64,000 nt of DNA from the NCBI GenBank assembly GCA_047967505.1, contig CM106538.1. One strand, 5' to 3'. The stretch is from Dipteris shenzhenensis. Taxonomy: Eukaryota. This document shows, one piece after another, positions 13,426 to 26,200 of the stretch. Within the stretch, counting starts at the first letter, position 1. Every line of letters starts with the position of its first letter. The position numbers and the translations under genes are program-made. The notes under the pieces were generated by a model. That model was not told where the DNA came from. It saw only the letters and a program-made list of their open reading frames with translations, and did no database searches.

Positions 13426-14830
13426 TGTTGAGATATCGAGCCCCACTCGAGATATGCCAGGGTGACCGTTGTGTACTTATGTCACCGACTTGTTAGCTGG
13501 AGATGCGGTTGGTACACCGCCCACGAATAATAGTTGGATGACAGCTATCCTTATCTACTATAGTTTGTGGCTCAGTTAGTATGCCACCTTAGTTAGTTGA
13601 GTTTGGTTTGAGACCCACATATAGGGTTCTTCTATTTCTTTGTACGAGAGTTCTTTTGGCTTTCACAACTAAGAAGAGGAAAACTGTTTTCAGCCTCCAC
13701 CTTTGTGTGTATTCCCCCATTGTGATTGTGAGAAAGCCTCAAGTGAGACTCCTTCCCTCTCTCCCACAATCTTCACATGGTATCAAAGCCTTGTTCATGG
13801 TAAGGAGCTCAAGAAAGCAAGCCAAGTTCGTGGTGTCCTGGTAAGAGGACCAGTGTTGCTTTCCTATTTCGAGTTTGGGAGCAAATCTCTGCAGGTAGCA
13901 CAGCCAGAAGTGCAGGAGTGCATTGTTTCAGATTGAGACGCCCTTCGCGGTGTGGCGAGAGCGTAGTATATGCTGCGGGATGGGGCAAAGCCCTCAATGA
14001 CTTTATTTTTCTGATTTGAGGCCGTTTCGGGGCCTGTTTTAAAGGCAGAAGTTCTTCGCAGGCACTCAAAAAAAGGCCCTGTTTTTTGCTGTGCGACCAC
14101 TACGCGGCTAGTCGGTGGAAAGGTGCCGCAGAAATTGCATCGTATGCCTGTGTGCAAAGATATTGGGAGTTGCAAATTCATGCCTGTTGCCTGTTGATGC
14201 AAAATCGTCACTAGGAAGTGACTGTGTGGTGAAATACCACTTTCGTCAGTTTTGCAGATCTGCCCGTGTGAGGCAAAAGCTGTGTTTTTTACAGTGACAG
14301 AATATTTTGCAGTGTTCTATAATGGCATCTGATTCTCTTTCACAGATTGTCACTGAAAAGCTTGACAAGAATAACTTCCAGGCATGGAAGTTTAGAATGA
14401 CGAATTTCTTGATGGGAAAAGGCTATTGGGAATTCATTACAGGAAATGAAGAAGAACCTGTTCTTCCTAATGTTCCCAGTCAACAGGAAATGCAGGCATT
14501 CAAAGGATGGCATGAGAGAGCCAGGAAAGTTATGTACTGGCTGTCTATCAATATTTCGGACTCCATGATTGTGCATATTCAGGATGCAAATACGCCAAAG
14601 GAGGCATGGGATACTTTGGCAAAAATGTATAGCACAAATATGCAAGCCAGGAAAATGCAACTCAAACAGGAGTTGCACAATGTGCAGAGAGAAAATTTGA
14701 GCATAAATGACTACCACATGAAAGTGAAGAAAATTGCAGATGCACTTGCTTCCATTGGGTCACCAGTGGATGATGATGATTTGGTTTCTGTGACCTTGAA
14801 TGGTCTAGGAAAGGATTATGCACAGTTCTG

Positions 14831-17800
14831 TGTAAAGAACAAGGGAGAGAGATAGGAGACTCAAGTTCAGCTTTCTTCACAACACACAAAAGAGAGAGGA
14901 CACAAGGTTGGAGGGTGAAGCCTTTCTTCACTTTTGCACACAACAACAATACAATAGAAGAGGGAAATACCCTATATGTCAAAACCTAGAATACGTGGTT
15001 CATATGTGAACCCAAACCAAAAACATACGTGGTAGTCTAACTACACCACGAGTACAACTAACATAGGCGGTGACATAAATGATAGTCATCCAGGAGATAT
15101 ATCGGGGGTAGAGCTTGATATCTCAACACTCCCCCTCAAGCTCAAATCCATCTCACGTACACCAAGCAAGCTCCTAAATCTGCGAAGCTTCTCGGTACCC
15201 AATGCCTTTGTAAAAATATCAGCCACCTGCTCCTCAGTGCTGACATAGATAAGATCAATCTCACCAGCTAGAACCTTCTCTCTCACAAAGTGATAATGCA
15301 CCTCAATGTGCTTCGTTCTAGCATGATAAACTGGGTTATTAGCAAGCATGATGCTGCTAATGTTGTCACAATGAATGACAACTGCTGCATGAATTGACTG
15401 TCCCATATCTGCAAGTAGCTTCCGTAACCAAGCTACCTCACATGCAGCCATTGCTGCACCCCTATACTCAGCCTCTGTGCTCGACAAGGCAACTGTTGGC
15501 TGCTTCTTGCTGCTCCAACTGATGGCACCACTCCCAAGGGAAAACATAAAACCACTAGTAGATCTCCTGTCTGAGACACTACCAGCCCAATCAGCATCTG
15601 TGTATCCATGTACCTGTAATGCACACCCAGCTTCATAAAACAGTCCATAATGCAATGTGGACTTCACATACCGCAGTATGCGCCTAGCCGCATCCAAATG
15701 TGGCTTCCTCGGTGCTTGCATAAACTGACTTACCAGCCCCACAGCATAGCTCAAATCTAGTCTGGTTATATTCATGTAAATCAAGCTACCTACTATGCGC
15801 CTGTACATAGTAATATCTTCAAGAAGCTCACATGTCTCTGCATTGAGCTTCACATTCTGCTCCAATGGAACAGAAATAGGCTTACAGCCTGTCATCCCAT
15901 ATTTGGACAGCATGTCCAAACTGTATTGCCTTTGCAACAGCCATATCCCACTCGGGGATCTAATAACCTCAATGCCCAAGAAGTAACGCAGCTCTCCCAA
16001 ATCCTTCATCTCGAATTTCTGCTTCAATAGCAGCTTCACTTCATTAATGTCTGCATCACTATCACCTGTAATAATCAAGTCATCAACATAGATGACTATA
16101 AGCACAATCCCTCTGTTTGTCCTTTTCACATAAAGTGAAAAATCTGAATTGGAAATCTGAAATCCAATAGTGACAAGATATTGCCCTATCTTGTCTGACC
16201 ATGCCCTCGGCGCCTGTTTTAAGCCATACAAGGCTTTGCGCAACCTGCATACAAAATCGGGGTGTAAATTATCCTCATAACCTTCTGGCTGCATCATATA
16301 AACCTCTTCCTGCAAATCACCATGCAAGAAGGCATTTTTCACATCCATCTGATGCAAAGACCATCCCTTTGCAGCAGCCATAGCAATTACTGCTCTCACG
16401 GTTGCCATCCTTGCAACTGGGCTGAAAGTTTCCTCATAGTCAATTCCATATGTCTGCGCAAAACCTTTGGCAACCAATCTTGCCTTGTACCTGCTAACAG
16501 ACCCATCAGCATTGTGCTTTACTTTGTAAACCCACTTGCAGCCAATAGCCTTCTTATCATGAGGCAAAGGCATCAAATCCCAAGTGTGGTTTGCATCCAA
16601 GGCAGCCATCTCTTCATCCATAGCTGCTTCCCAATTTTTATGCCCTGCTGCATCCTCAAAACATGTGGGCTCTGGCTCCTCTAGAACCTTGACCATATAA
16701 GCATAGTGATGTGCTGTATACCCATCATATCTCAGCCTGTCAACTGGATACTTAATACGAGTGGACCTCCGTACAACTGGATCAGTTGTAGGAGTCTTTA
16801 AATCATGCCTGCTTTTCCTTGCACCAGGTGTAACAACAGAAGGAATCCCAAGTTCCTCATCAAGGCTCATTTCAGAGCCGCTTGACTCTCCATCAACATG
16901 AGAGCTGCCAGCAGACACATCAAACACTGGAGCATGGTCTACTTTTTCTTTTCCCTTATGTGATACCTGCACAACACTATCAGGGCTGCCATGTGACGAT
17001 TCACTAGATCTCAATCTCCCTGTCCATGCATTAGATCCACTAGTAGAGGACTCTCTGGGTCCACTCAAGGCTTGAGATTGCTGCTCTGCATTTATTGCAG
17101 CATTCCCATTTCCTGCATCTGCATCTCCTACCATAACAGTTGGTGCATACCAGCTGCTCATTTCATCAAAAACAACATCTCTGCTCACTTGCATTTTGCG
17201 GGTGGAAGGGTTATAACAGCGATACCCTTTCTGGTGCAGAGCATATCCAATAAAGATGCATTTTTCTGCGTTTGGATCCAGCTTTGTTCTCTTCTCATCA
17301 GGAACATGAACATAAGCTATGCAACCAAATACCTTCAAGTGAGAAATATCTGGTTTTTGGCCTGTATACATTTCTTCAGGCGTCATGCCATGGACAGTTG
17401 CAGTGGGGGTTCTGTTCATAATATAAACAGCAGTTGCTACTACTTCAGCCCAAAAATAATCAGGCATGTTTTTCTCATTTAGGATTGCCCGTCCTACTTC
17501 TGCAATATGCCTGTTCTTCCTTTCTGCAACCCCATTCTGCTGAGGGGTAGACCTGCATGAGTACTTCCTTTGAATTCCTTGTTCTTTCAGATATTCACAA
17601 AATTCTTCTGAAAAGTACTCTCCCCCTCCATCAGATCTTAGCACTTTAATATGCACACCTTTCTCTTTTTCAACCATGGCCTTAAAAGCCTTGAAATGGC
17701 TGAACACTTCACTTTTGTGCTTCATAAAATAAATCCACACCTTCCTAGTGTAGTCATCAATAAACGTCACATAATAATGGCATCCACCAATAGAAGCAGC

Positions 17801-20251
17801 TTTGGTTGTCCAAACATCTGAATGGATCACTTCCAAAGGTCTTCTGCTCACCTTAGCATTTTTGGGAAATGCATGTCTGGCCTGCTTACCCATTTGGCAT
17901 GCTTCACATACCTTTTGCATTCCCTCAACTCTGAATTTAGGCAAACCTGCAACAATGTTTTTCGTTTGCATAGATTTCAGCCTTTGTATATTCACATGCC
18001 CAATGCGCTTGTGCCATATCTCAATATCTGCAATGACACCTCTCCCATGCGCAAACATAGCAGCTTTCACCTCAGGCATATCAATATCCAAGGTGAACAT
18101 TCTGCCATTTTTGTTGCCTTTCGCAACCAAGCGGCACTTATTTTTCAAGTCCTCAACAAAGCATCCATCAGGATTAAATCTAACCTGCAGACCTTGCTCA
18201 ACCATCTGGCCAACTGAAACCAGGTTCTTAGTGATTTTTGGAACATGAAGTACATCTGCCAAGTACTTCGTTTTGCCATCCTGCATAGCCAATGGCACTT
18301 TACCAACCTGCGTAATTGGGTGCACAGTATCATCACCTGCTTCAACATAACCTGGCTTATCCAAATTTCTAACATCATGAAACCACTCACCATGACTGGT
18401 CATGTGGTTAGAGGCACCTGAATCAACATACCAAACATCATTGCAAGCTGCAGCATCTCCTGACATGGAGTTAACCATATGCTGCATCACAAAAAGGTGC
18501 TCATTTCTGTCGTCACCATGCCCACTTGATGATGCATAGTTGCTTTGCTGCAACTTCCCACTTTTGATGTCATTCTGCTTTTTATAGCATGTATTCTCCT
18601 TGTGTCCAGGCTTTCCACAATAATAGCATTCTGTGCTGCTATTTACTTGCTGGTTCCTTTGCCATGAACCACGGCCTCTTTGGCTCCCCCTGCCTCTAGA
18701 ACTACCACGTCCTCCTCCATAGGACTGGTTTTCCTGTTGTTGCTGTTGGTTCTGATTTCCTGCACGGCCACCAAAACGGCCTCTTCCTCTACCCCTGCCT
18801 CTACCTGTATTCGAGTAGAAAGCAGTCTCTTGAGAAGTTGAGGTGGCTGAACCACCATTCCTTTGCTCTTCACTCAGCAAGAGAGCAATAAGTTCCTGAA
18901 AATCAGGAAATGTTTCACGAACTCCAATGGATGTCCGAAACTGTGCATAATCTTTCCCAAGACCATTCAAGGTCACGGACACTAAGTCCTCATCATCAAC
19001 AGGTGCTCCAATGGAGGCAAGAGAATCTGCAAGGCCTTTCACTTTCAAGGAATACTCATTTATATTCAGATTTTTCCTTTGCACATTGTGCAACTCCTGC
19101 TTTAGCTGCATCTTTTGTGCTTTGGTATTTGTGCTATACAGCTTCACCAATGTATCCCATGCCTCCTTAGGCGTCTCTACATCCTGTATATGCACAATCA
19201 TAGAATCTGAAATGCTAATAGACAGCCAATACATGAATTTTCTGGCTTTTTCATGCCATTCTTTAAAGGCCTTCAATTCAGCAGGAGTGGGAGCAGCACC
19301 CAAAACTGGTTCTGCAGTTTCACCACTGATGTACTCCCAAACTCCCTTTCCCATAAGGAAGTTTGTCATCCTGAACTTCCATGCTTGGAAGTTGTTCTTG
19401 TCAAGCTTCTCACTGACAATGGTAGACAGATTCTCAGACATTTTACAAATCACGAATTGCAACAACAACCTGTAAACACAGCAAATGCCTCACAAGGGCA
19501 AATAGCAAAACTTCTGCAAAAAGCCTCACAGGGGCAGATCTGCAACACTGACGAAAGTGGTATTTCACCACACAGTCACTTCCTAGTGACGATTTTGCAT
19601 CAATAGGCAACAGGCATGAATCTGCAACTCCCAATATCTCTGCACACAGGCATACGATGCAATTTCTGTGGCACCTTTTCACCGACTAGCCGCGCAGTGG
19701 TCGCACAGCGAAAAACAGGGCTTTTTTCTGAGTACCTGCGAAGAACTTCTGCCTTCAAAACCGGCCCCAAAACGGCCACACCACAAAGGGCCTCTCAATC
19801 TGAAACAGTGCACTCCTGCACTTTTGGCTGTGCTACCTGCAGAGATTTGCTCCCAAACTCGAAATAGGAAAGCAACACTGGTCCTCTTACCAGGACACCA
19901 CAAGCTTGGCTTGCTTTCTTGAGCTCCTTACCACGAACAAGGCTCTGATACCATGTAAAGAACAAGGGAGAGAGATAGGAGTCTCAAGTTCAGCTTTCTT
20001 CACAACACACAAAAGAGAGAGGACACAAGGTTGGAGGGTGAAGCCTTTCTTCACTTTTGCACACAACAACAATACAATAGAAGAGGGAAATACCCTATAT
20101 GTCAAAACCTAGAATACGTGGTTCATATGTGAACCCAAACCAAAAACATACATGGTAGTCTAACTACACCACGAGTACAACTAACATAGGCGATGACATA
20201 AATGATAGTCATCCAGGAGATATATCGGGGGTAGAGCTTGATATCTCAACA
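14831..20251 (-). mobile_element. Copia element D, full-length with intact ORF and 298-bp LTRs
   Basis: LTRs 19954-20251 (5') and 14831-15128 (3'), about 3 mismatches; PBS 19941-19953; PPT from 15129; TSD TTCTG/TTCCG. Confidence 0.95.
15086..19441 (-). CDS. Uninterrupted copia Gag-Pol polyprotein (about 1451 aa; Gag, CCHC, PR, GAG-pre-INT, INT, RT, RNaseH)
   Basis: Single ORF from ATG 19441 (MSENLSTIV); CYYCGKPGHKENTC, DSGAS, HSDVW..RSDGGGEY..AERKNR, YVDD, DADWAG; stop lies inside the 3' LTR. Confidence 0.95.
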   Translation of the reverse strand: MSENLSTIVSEKLDKNNFQAWKFRMTNFLMGKGVWEYISGETAEPVLGAAPTPAELKAFKEWHEKARKFMYWLSISISDSMIVHIQDVETPKEAWDTLVKLYSTNTKAQKMQLKQELHNVQRKNLNINEYSLKVKGLADSLASIGAPVDDEDLVSVTLNGLGKDYAQFRTSIGVRETFPDFQELIALLLSEEQRNGGSATSTSQETAFYSNTGRGRGRGRGRFGGRAGNQNQQQQQENQSYGGGRGSSRGRGSQRGRGSWQRNQQVNSSTECYYCGKPGHKENTCYKKQNDIKSGKLQQSNYASSSGHGDDRNEHLFVMQHMVNSMSGDAAACNDVWYVDSGASNHMTSHGEWFHDVRNLDKPGYVEAGDDTVHPITQVGKVPLAMQDGKTKYLADVLHVPKITKNLVSVGQMVEQGLQVRFNPDGCFVEDLKNKCRLVAKGNKNGRMFTLDIDMPEVKAAMFAHGRGVIADIEIWHKRIGHVNIQRLKSMQTKNIVAGLPKFRVEGMQKVCEACQMGKQARHAFPKNAKVSRRPLEVIHSDVWTTKAASIGGCHYYVTFIDDYTRKVWIYFMKHKSEVFSHFKAFKAMVEKEKGVHIKVLRSDGGGEYFSEEFCEYLKEQGIQRKYSCRSTPQQNGVAERKNRHIAEVGRAILNEKNMPDYFWAEVVATAVYIMNRTPTATVHGMTPEEMYTGQKPDISHLKVFGCIAYVHVPDEKRTKLDPNAEKCIFIGYALHQKGYRCYNPSTRKMQVSRDVVFDEMSSWYAPTVMVGDADAGNGNAAINAEQQSQALSGPRESSTSGSNAWTGRLRSSESSHGSPDSVVQVSHKGKEKVDHAPVFDVSAGSSHVDGESSGSEMSLDEELGIPSVVTPGARKSRHDLKTPTTDPVVRRSTRIKYPVDRLRYDGYTAHHYAYMVKVLEEPEPTCFEDAAGHKNWEAAMDEEMAALDANHTWDLMPLPHDKKAIGCKWVYKVKHNADGSVSRYKARLVAKGFAQTYGIDYEETFSPVARMATVRAVIAMAAAKGWSLHQMDVKNAFLHGDLQEEVYMMQPEGYEDNLHPDFVCRLRKALYGLKQAPRAWSDKIGQYLVTIGFQISNSDFSLYVKRTNRGIVLIVIYVDDLIITGDSDADINEVKLLLKQKFEMKDLGELRYFLGIEVIRSPSGIWLLQRQYSLDMLSKYGMTGCKPISVPLEQNVKLNAETCELLEDITMYRRIVGSLIYMNITRLDLSYAVGLVSQFMQAPRKPHLDAARRILRYVKSTLHYGLFYEAGCALQVHGYTDADWAGSVSDRRSTSGFMFSLGSGAISWSSKKQPTVALSSTEAEYRGAAMAACEVAWLRKLLADMGQSIHAAVVIHCDNISSIMLANNPVYHARTKHIEVHYHFVREKVLAGEIDLIYVSTEEQVADIFTKALGTEKLRRFRSLLGVREMDLSLRGSVEISSSTPDISPG

Positions 20252-23200
20252 TTCCGGACATCCATTGCCATCTGTAAAAACTTTTCTGATTTTGAGGAGT
20301 TGATTGCTCTTCTAATTTCTGAAGAGCAGAGAAATGGGGGTGCATCTTCTTCAGCAGGAACTTCAAAAGAAACTGTCTTCTACTCAAATGCTGGCAGAGG
20401 TAGAGGCAGAGGTAGAGGAGGCTGATCTGCAGGCCGTGGTAGAAATCAGAATATGCAGCAAACACAAGAAAACCAGTCCTATGCAGGAGGACGTGGTAAC
20501 TCTAGAGGCAGGGGGAGCCAAAGAGGCCGTGGTGGATGGCAGAGAAGCCAAAATGCAAACAACAATGTTGAATGCTACTATTGTGGCAAAATGGGTCATA
20601 TGGCTAAAGACTGCTACAAAAAGCAGAATGACATTATGAGTGGAAAATTGCAGCAAGGCAATTATGCATCCTCTAGTAGACAGGGTGATGACAGAAATGA
20701 GCATTTGTTTATGGTGCAGCATATGACAAATTCTGTAACAAGTGCAGAAGAAAGCAATGATGTGTGGTATGTTGACTCGGGTGCATCAAACCACATGACA
20801 AGTCACGCTGAATGGATGCAGGATGCAAGAAAAATGGAAAAACCAGGATTTGTGGAGACTGGTGATGATACTGCACATCCTATTGTGCAGATTGGCAAAA
20901 TTCCTTTGTCTATGCAGGATGGGAAAAAGAAATACTTGTCTGATGTATTTCATGTCCCGAACATCACCAAGAGCCTGGTTTCTGTTGGTCAGATGGTTGA
21001 GCAGGGCTTGCAGGTCAGATTTAATCCTCATGGATGCTTTGTTGAGGATATGAAAAATAATGGTCGCTTGATAGCAAAAGGAAAGAAGAAGGGCAGGATG
21101 TTTACGTTGGATGCAGACATGCCTGAATTGAGTGCAGCAATGTTTGCACATGGGACCGGTGTAGTTGCAGATATTGATATCTGGCACAAACGCATTGGTC
21201 ATGTTAATATACAGCGACTTAAATCAATGCAAGCCCAAAATATTGTTGCAGGATTGCCAAAATTCAAGGTTGCAGAAATGCACAAGATTTGTGAAGCTTG
21301 TCAATTTGGGAAACAGGCAAGGAAACCTTTTCCTAGGCATGTTCAAGAGAGTAAAAAACCATTGGAATTAATCCACTCTGATGTGTGGACTACAAAAGCT
21401 GCATCTATTGAAGGCTGTCACTATTTTGTCACATTTATTGATGACTTCAGCAGAAAACTGTGGGTGTATTTTATGAAAAAGAAAAGTGAAGTGTTTGGGC
21501 ACTTCAAAGCTTTCAAAGCTATGGTTGAAAAAGAAACAGGCCTGCAAATAAAATGCCTAAGGTCAGATGGAGGGGGAGAGTACCTCTCAAATGAGTTTGC
21601 AAGGTTCTTGCAGGAGCATGGTATAAAGCAGCAATATTCATGCAGTCATACCCCACAGCAAAATGGAATTGCAGAAAGAAAAAACAGGCATATTGGAGAG
21701 GTGTCTCGGGCTATGCTAAATGAAAAAGATCTACCAGATTATTATTGGGCTGAAGCAGTTGCTACAGCAGTCTATATAATGAATAGGACTCCCACTGCAG
21801 CAATACATGGCATGACACCAGAGGAGATGTATACTGGTAGGAAACCAGATATTTCTCATTTGAAGATTTTTGGTTGCATTGCTTATGTCCATGTGCCAGA
21901 TGAGTTGAGGTCCAAGTTGGATCCAAAAGCTGAGAAGTGCATCTTTATTGGTTATTCTCTGCAGCAGAAAGGGTATAGATGCTATAACCCTTCTACACGT
22001 AAGTTCACAGTGAGCAGAGATGTTGTTTTTGATGAGATGAGCAGCTGGTATAAACCAGTAAATGTGATGATTGATGTAGATGCACAAAATGGTAATGTTG
22101 CACAGAATGCACAGCAGCAATCACAAAATATCAGTGGACCTGGAGTGTCCTCTACCAGTGGTTCACATGCTTCGCCATGGACAGGTAGATTGAGATCAGG
22201 AGAATCCCCTCAAAGCAATGCAGAGAGTGGTACGCAGGTATCACGAAAAGGAAAAGAGAAGGTAGATCAGCCCATGTATGATGTGAATGCAGGTCACTCT
22301 TGTGTGGATGGTGAATCCAGTGGCTCAGAACAGAGCATTGATGATGAGTTGGGTATTCCTTCTGTTGTTACACCTGGAGTAAGGAAGACCAGGGATGTTT
22401 TGAGAGCTCCTGGAAGTGAGCCTATTTTGCGCAGGTCTACCAGGGTTAGGTATACTATGGGTAGGCTGAAATATGATGGATTTACAGCCATTCACTATGC
22501 CTATATGGTCAAAGTGATACAGGAACCAGAACCCACTTCTTTTGAGCAAGCCATGGGAAATGAAAAATGGGAGAAAGCCATGGATGAAGAAATGGATGCC
22601 TTGGATGCTAATGCTACATGGGAATTGGTGCCTTTGCCTAAAGGCAAGAATGCAATTTGTTGTAAGTGGGTTTATAAGATCAAGCACAATGCAGATGGTT
22701 CTGTGAATAGATACAAGGCAAGATTAGTTGTCAAGGGGTATGCACAGACATATGGCATTGATTATGAAGAAACTTTCAGCCCGGTTGCAACGATGGAAAC
22801 CGTAAGAGCAGCCATTGCTATGGCTGCATCAAAGGGATGGTCTTTACATCAGATGGATGTAAAGAATGCCTTCTTGCATGGTGATTTGCAAGAAGAGGTC
22901 TTTATGGAGCAGCCAGCAGGTTATGTTCATGCTATTCATCCTGAGTTTGTTTGCAGGTTGAAGAAAGCCTTGTATGGCTTGAAGCAAGCACCTAGAGCAT
23001 GGTCTGACAAGATAGGACAGTATCTTGTCATTATTGGCTTTCAGATTTCCAAGGCAGATTTCTCACTCTATGTGAGAAAAACAGAGAAAGGGATTATGCT
23101 GCTGGTCATTTATGTTGATGATTTGATCATCACAGGTGATAGTGATGAAGATATCCTTCATGTGAAAATGCTATTGAGGCAGAAGTTTGAGATGAAGGAT

Positions 23201-26200
23201 TTGGGAGAGCTGCGTTATTTCTTGGGCATTGAGGTGATTAGATCACCAAGTGGGATACAGCTCTTGCAGAGGCAGTATGGATTGGACATGCTGTCCAAAT
23301 ATGGGATGACAGGCTGTAAGCCTATTTCAGTTCCTTTGGAGCAGAATGTGAAGCTGAGCACAGATGTAGGTGAGCTTCTGGAAGACCCTACTATGTACAG
23401 ACGCATAGTAGGAAGTTTGATTTACATGACTATTACCAGGCCAGATTTGAGCTATGCTGTTGGGTTGGTAAGTCAGTTTATGCAGGCTCCAAGGAAACCG
23501 CATTTGGATGCGGCTAGATGCATACTCAGGTATGTGAAGTCCACATTGTAGTATGGACTATTTTATGAGGCTGGGGTTCAGATACAGTTGCATGGATACA
23601 CTGATGCTGATTGGGCTGGTAGCATTTTTGATAGACGATCTACCCGTGTGTTCTCTTTTGGGAGTGCTGCAGTCACTTGGAGCAGCAAGAAACAGCCTAC
23701 AGTTGCCTTGTCGAGCACAGAGGCTGAGTACAGGGGTGCAGCAATGGCTGCATGTGAGGTAGCTTGGTTGCATAAGCTACTCTATGATATGCATCAGTCT
23801 ACAGATGGGCCGGTTGTCATTTATTGTGACAACATGAGCAGTATACACTTGGCAAAGAACCCAGTCTTTCATGCTAGAACAAAGCACATTGAGGTGCATT
23901 ATCACTATGTGCGAGAGAAGGTTTTACTAGGTCTTATTGATCTAGTTTATGTCAGCACAGAGGATCAGGTAGCTGACATATTCACGAAAGCATTGGGCGC
24001 AGAGAAGCTGCGCAAGTTCAAAGACCTGCTTGGTGTGCAGGATTTGGGATTGAGCTCGAGGGGGAGTGTTGAGATATCGAGCTCCACTCGAGATATGCCA
24101 GGGTGACCGTTGTGTACTTATGTCACCGACTTGTTAGCTGGAGATGCGGTTGGTACACCGCCCACGAATAATAGCTAAATGACAGCTATCCTTATCTACT
24201 ATAGTTTGTGGCTCAGTTAGTATGCCACCTTAGTTAGTTGAGTTTGGTTTGAGACCCACATATAGGGTTCTTCTATTTCTTTGTATGAGAGTTCTTTTGG
24301 CTTTCACAACTAAGAAGAGGAAAACTGTTTTCAGCCTCCACCTTTGTGTGTATTCCCCCATTGTGATTGTGAGAAAGCCTCAAGTGAGACTCCTTCCCTC
24401 TCTCCCACAATCTTCACAGACCAGACATTGCATTTGTAGTGGGAGTTGTTAGCCGGTATATGGCTAATCCAGAAAAGAGGCATTGGGAGGCAGTTAAGTG
24501 CATCATGAGGTAGATGAAGGGTACCAAGGAGATGTGCATCTGCTTTGGTAAAGGAGACATGCGTGTACTTGGGTACAGAGATTCAGACTATGCAGGGCAT
24601 GTGGATAGTAGGAGATCCAACTTCTGGTTATGTGTTCACCTTTGCAGGTGGTGCAGTGTCGTGGATGTCTCGTGCACAGAAGTGTGTTGCTTTGTCTACC
24701 ACAGAGGCTGAGTATGTTGCAGCCACAGAGGGTTGCAAGGAGGCTATATGGCTTGATCTGCTAGTGGGAGATTTGGGGATTCATACAGGTATACCGACAT
24801 TGCATAGTGATTCCATGAGTGCTATTCAGCTAGCACAGAATCCGGTCTTTTATGCAAAGACCAAACACATTGAGGTCAGGTACCATTTCATTAGGGAGGT
24901 ACTTGAGGACAAGCGCATAGAGCTTGTCAAGGTTCATACAGATGATAACCCTGCAGATATGTTGACGAAGAGTCTACCTAGTCATCAGCGGTTTGAGTAT
25001 TGTCGTGTATTGATGGGCATTGGATACTATGCTCACTGGTTGTTCTCCCTTAAAGGCACATTGTCCTTTAAGTGGGAGGTTGTGGGGGTTAAAGGTCACT
25101 GTGCCTTTACCCCAGTTATGTACAATACTCAAACACATATATAAATGAATGAAAAAGAAGATTAGGGTGGTTCTGCACCCACCAAAACTTGTATGCTCTC
25201 TGTCTCCCTCTGTCTCTCTCTCTCCTTCTTCCGTTCTTGCTTCCGTTGAGAGCACTCTCAGTCTTTTACTACTCCAAGTGACTGCAGCACTCCCAAAAGA
25301 GAACACATATCCACTGGTAGATCGTCTATCAGAAATACTATGAGCCCAATCAGCATCAATGTATCCATGCAACTGTATCTGAACCCCAGTCTCATAAAAT
25401 AGTCCATACTACAATGTGGACTTCACATACCTGAGTATGCATCTAGCCGCATCCAAATGCGGTTTCCTTGGAGCCTGCATAAATTGACTTACCAATCCAA
25501 CAGCATAGCTCAAATCTTGCCTAGTAATAGTCATATAAATCAAACTTCCTACTATGCGTCTGTACATAGTAGGGTCTTCCAGAAGCTCACCTGCATCTAC
25601 GCTCAACTTCACATTCTGCTCTAAAGGAACTGAAATAGGCTTACAGCCTGCCATCCCATATTTGGACAACATGTCCAATCCATACTACCTCTGCAAGAGC
25701 CGTATCCCACTTGGTGATCTAATCACCTCAATGCCCAAGAAATAATGCAACTCTCCCAAATCCTTCATCTCAAACTTCTGCTTCAATAGCATTTTCACAT
25801 GAAGGATATCTTCATCACTATCTCTTGTGATGATCAGATCATCAACATAAATGACAAGCAACATAATACCTTTCTTTGTTATTCTCACATAAAGTGAGAA
25901 ATCTGCCTTGGAAATCTGAAAGACAATAATGACAAGATACTTTCCTATCTTGTCAGGCCATGCTCTATGTGCTTGCTTCAAGCCATACAAGGCTTTCTTT
26001 AACCTGCAAACAAACTCAGGATGAACATCATGAACATAACCTAGTGGCTGCTCCATAAAGACCTCTTCTTGCAAATCACCATGCAAGAAGGCATTCTTTA
26101 CATCCATCTGATGTCATCCTTGCAACCGGACTGAATGTTTCTTCATAATCAATGCCATATATCTGTACATACCCCTTGACAACTAATCTTGCCTTGTATT

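Larger units (their letters stand above)
13426..24418 (+). mobile_element. Copia A2, full-length with 352-bp LTRs, interrupted by D
   Basis: LTRs 13426-13777 and 24067-24418; perfect TSD GACCA (13421-13425 and 24419-24423); PBS TGGTATCAAAGCC 13778-13790; gag ATG 14322; pol ORF 20453..23551. Confidence 0.95.
8484..25260 (+). mobile_element. Copia element C (Tnt1/Tork-like), full-length with 180-bp LTRs, interrupted by A2
   Basis: LTRs 8484-8663 and 25081-25260 (TG..CA, 1 mismatch seen); PBS TGGTATCAGAGC 8666-8677 (tRNA-iMet); PPT AAGTGGGAGGT; TSD GTTTT/GTCTT; AKVPYASAVGSLMYA motif like Tnt1. Confidence 0.93.

Noticed and set aside
13608-14297. Recurrent small ORFs in A and D LTRs and leaders (MRPTYRVLL..., ...RNCIVCLCAEILGV...)
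   Set aside because: They recur only because the DNA repeats; most start at non-ATG codons and frames differ between copies.
16201-19606. Antisense ORFs over copia pol
   Set aside because: Shadow ORFs of the coding strand with no recognisable motifs.
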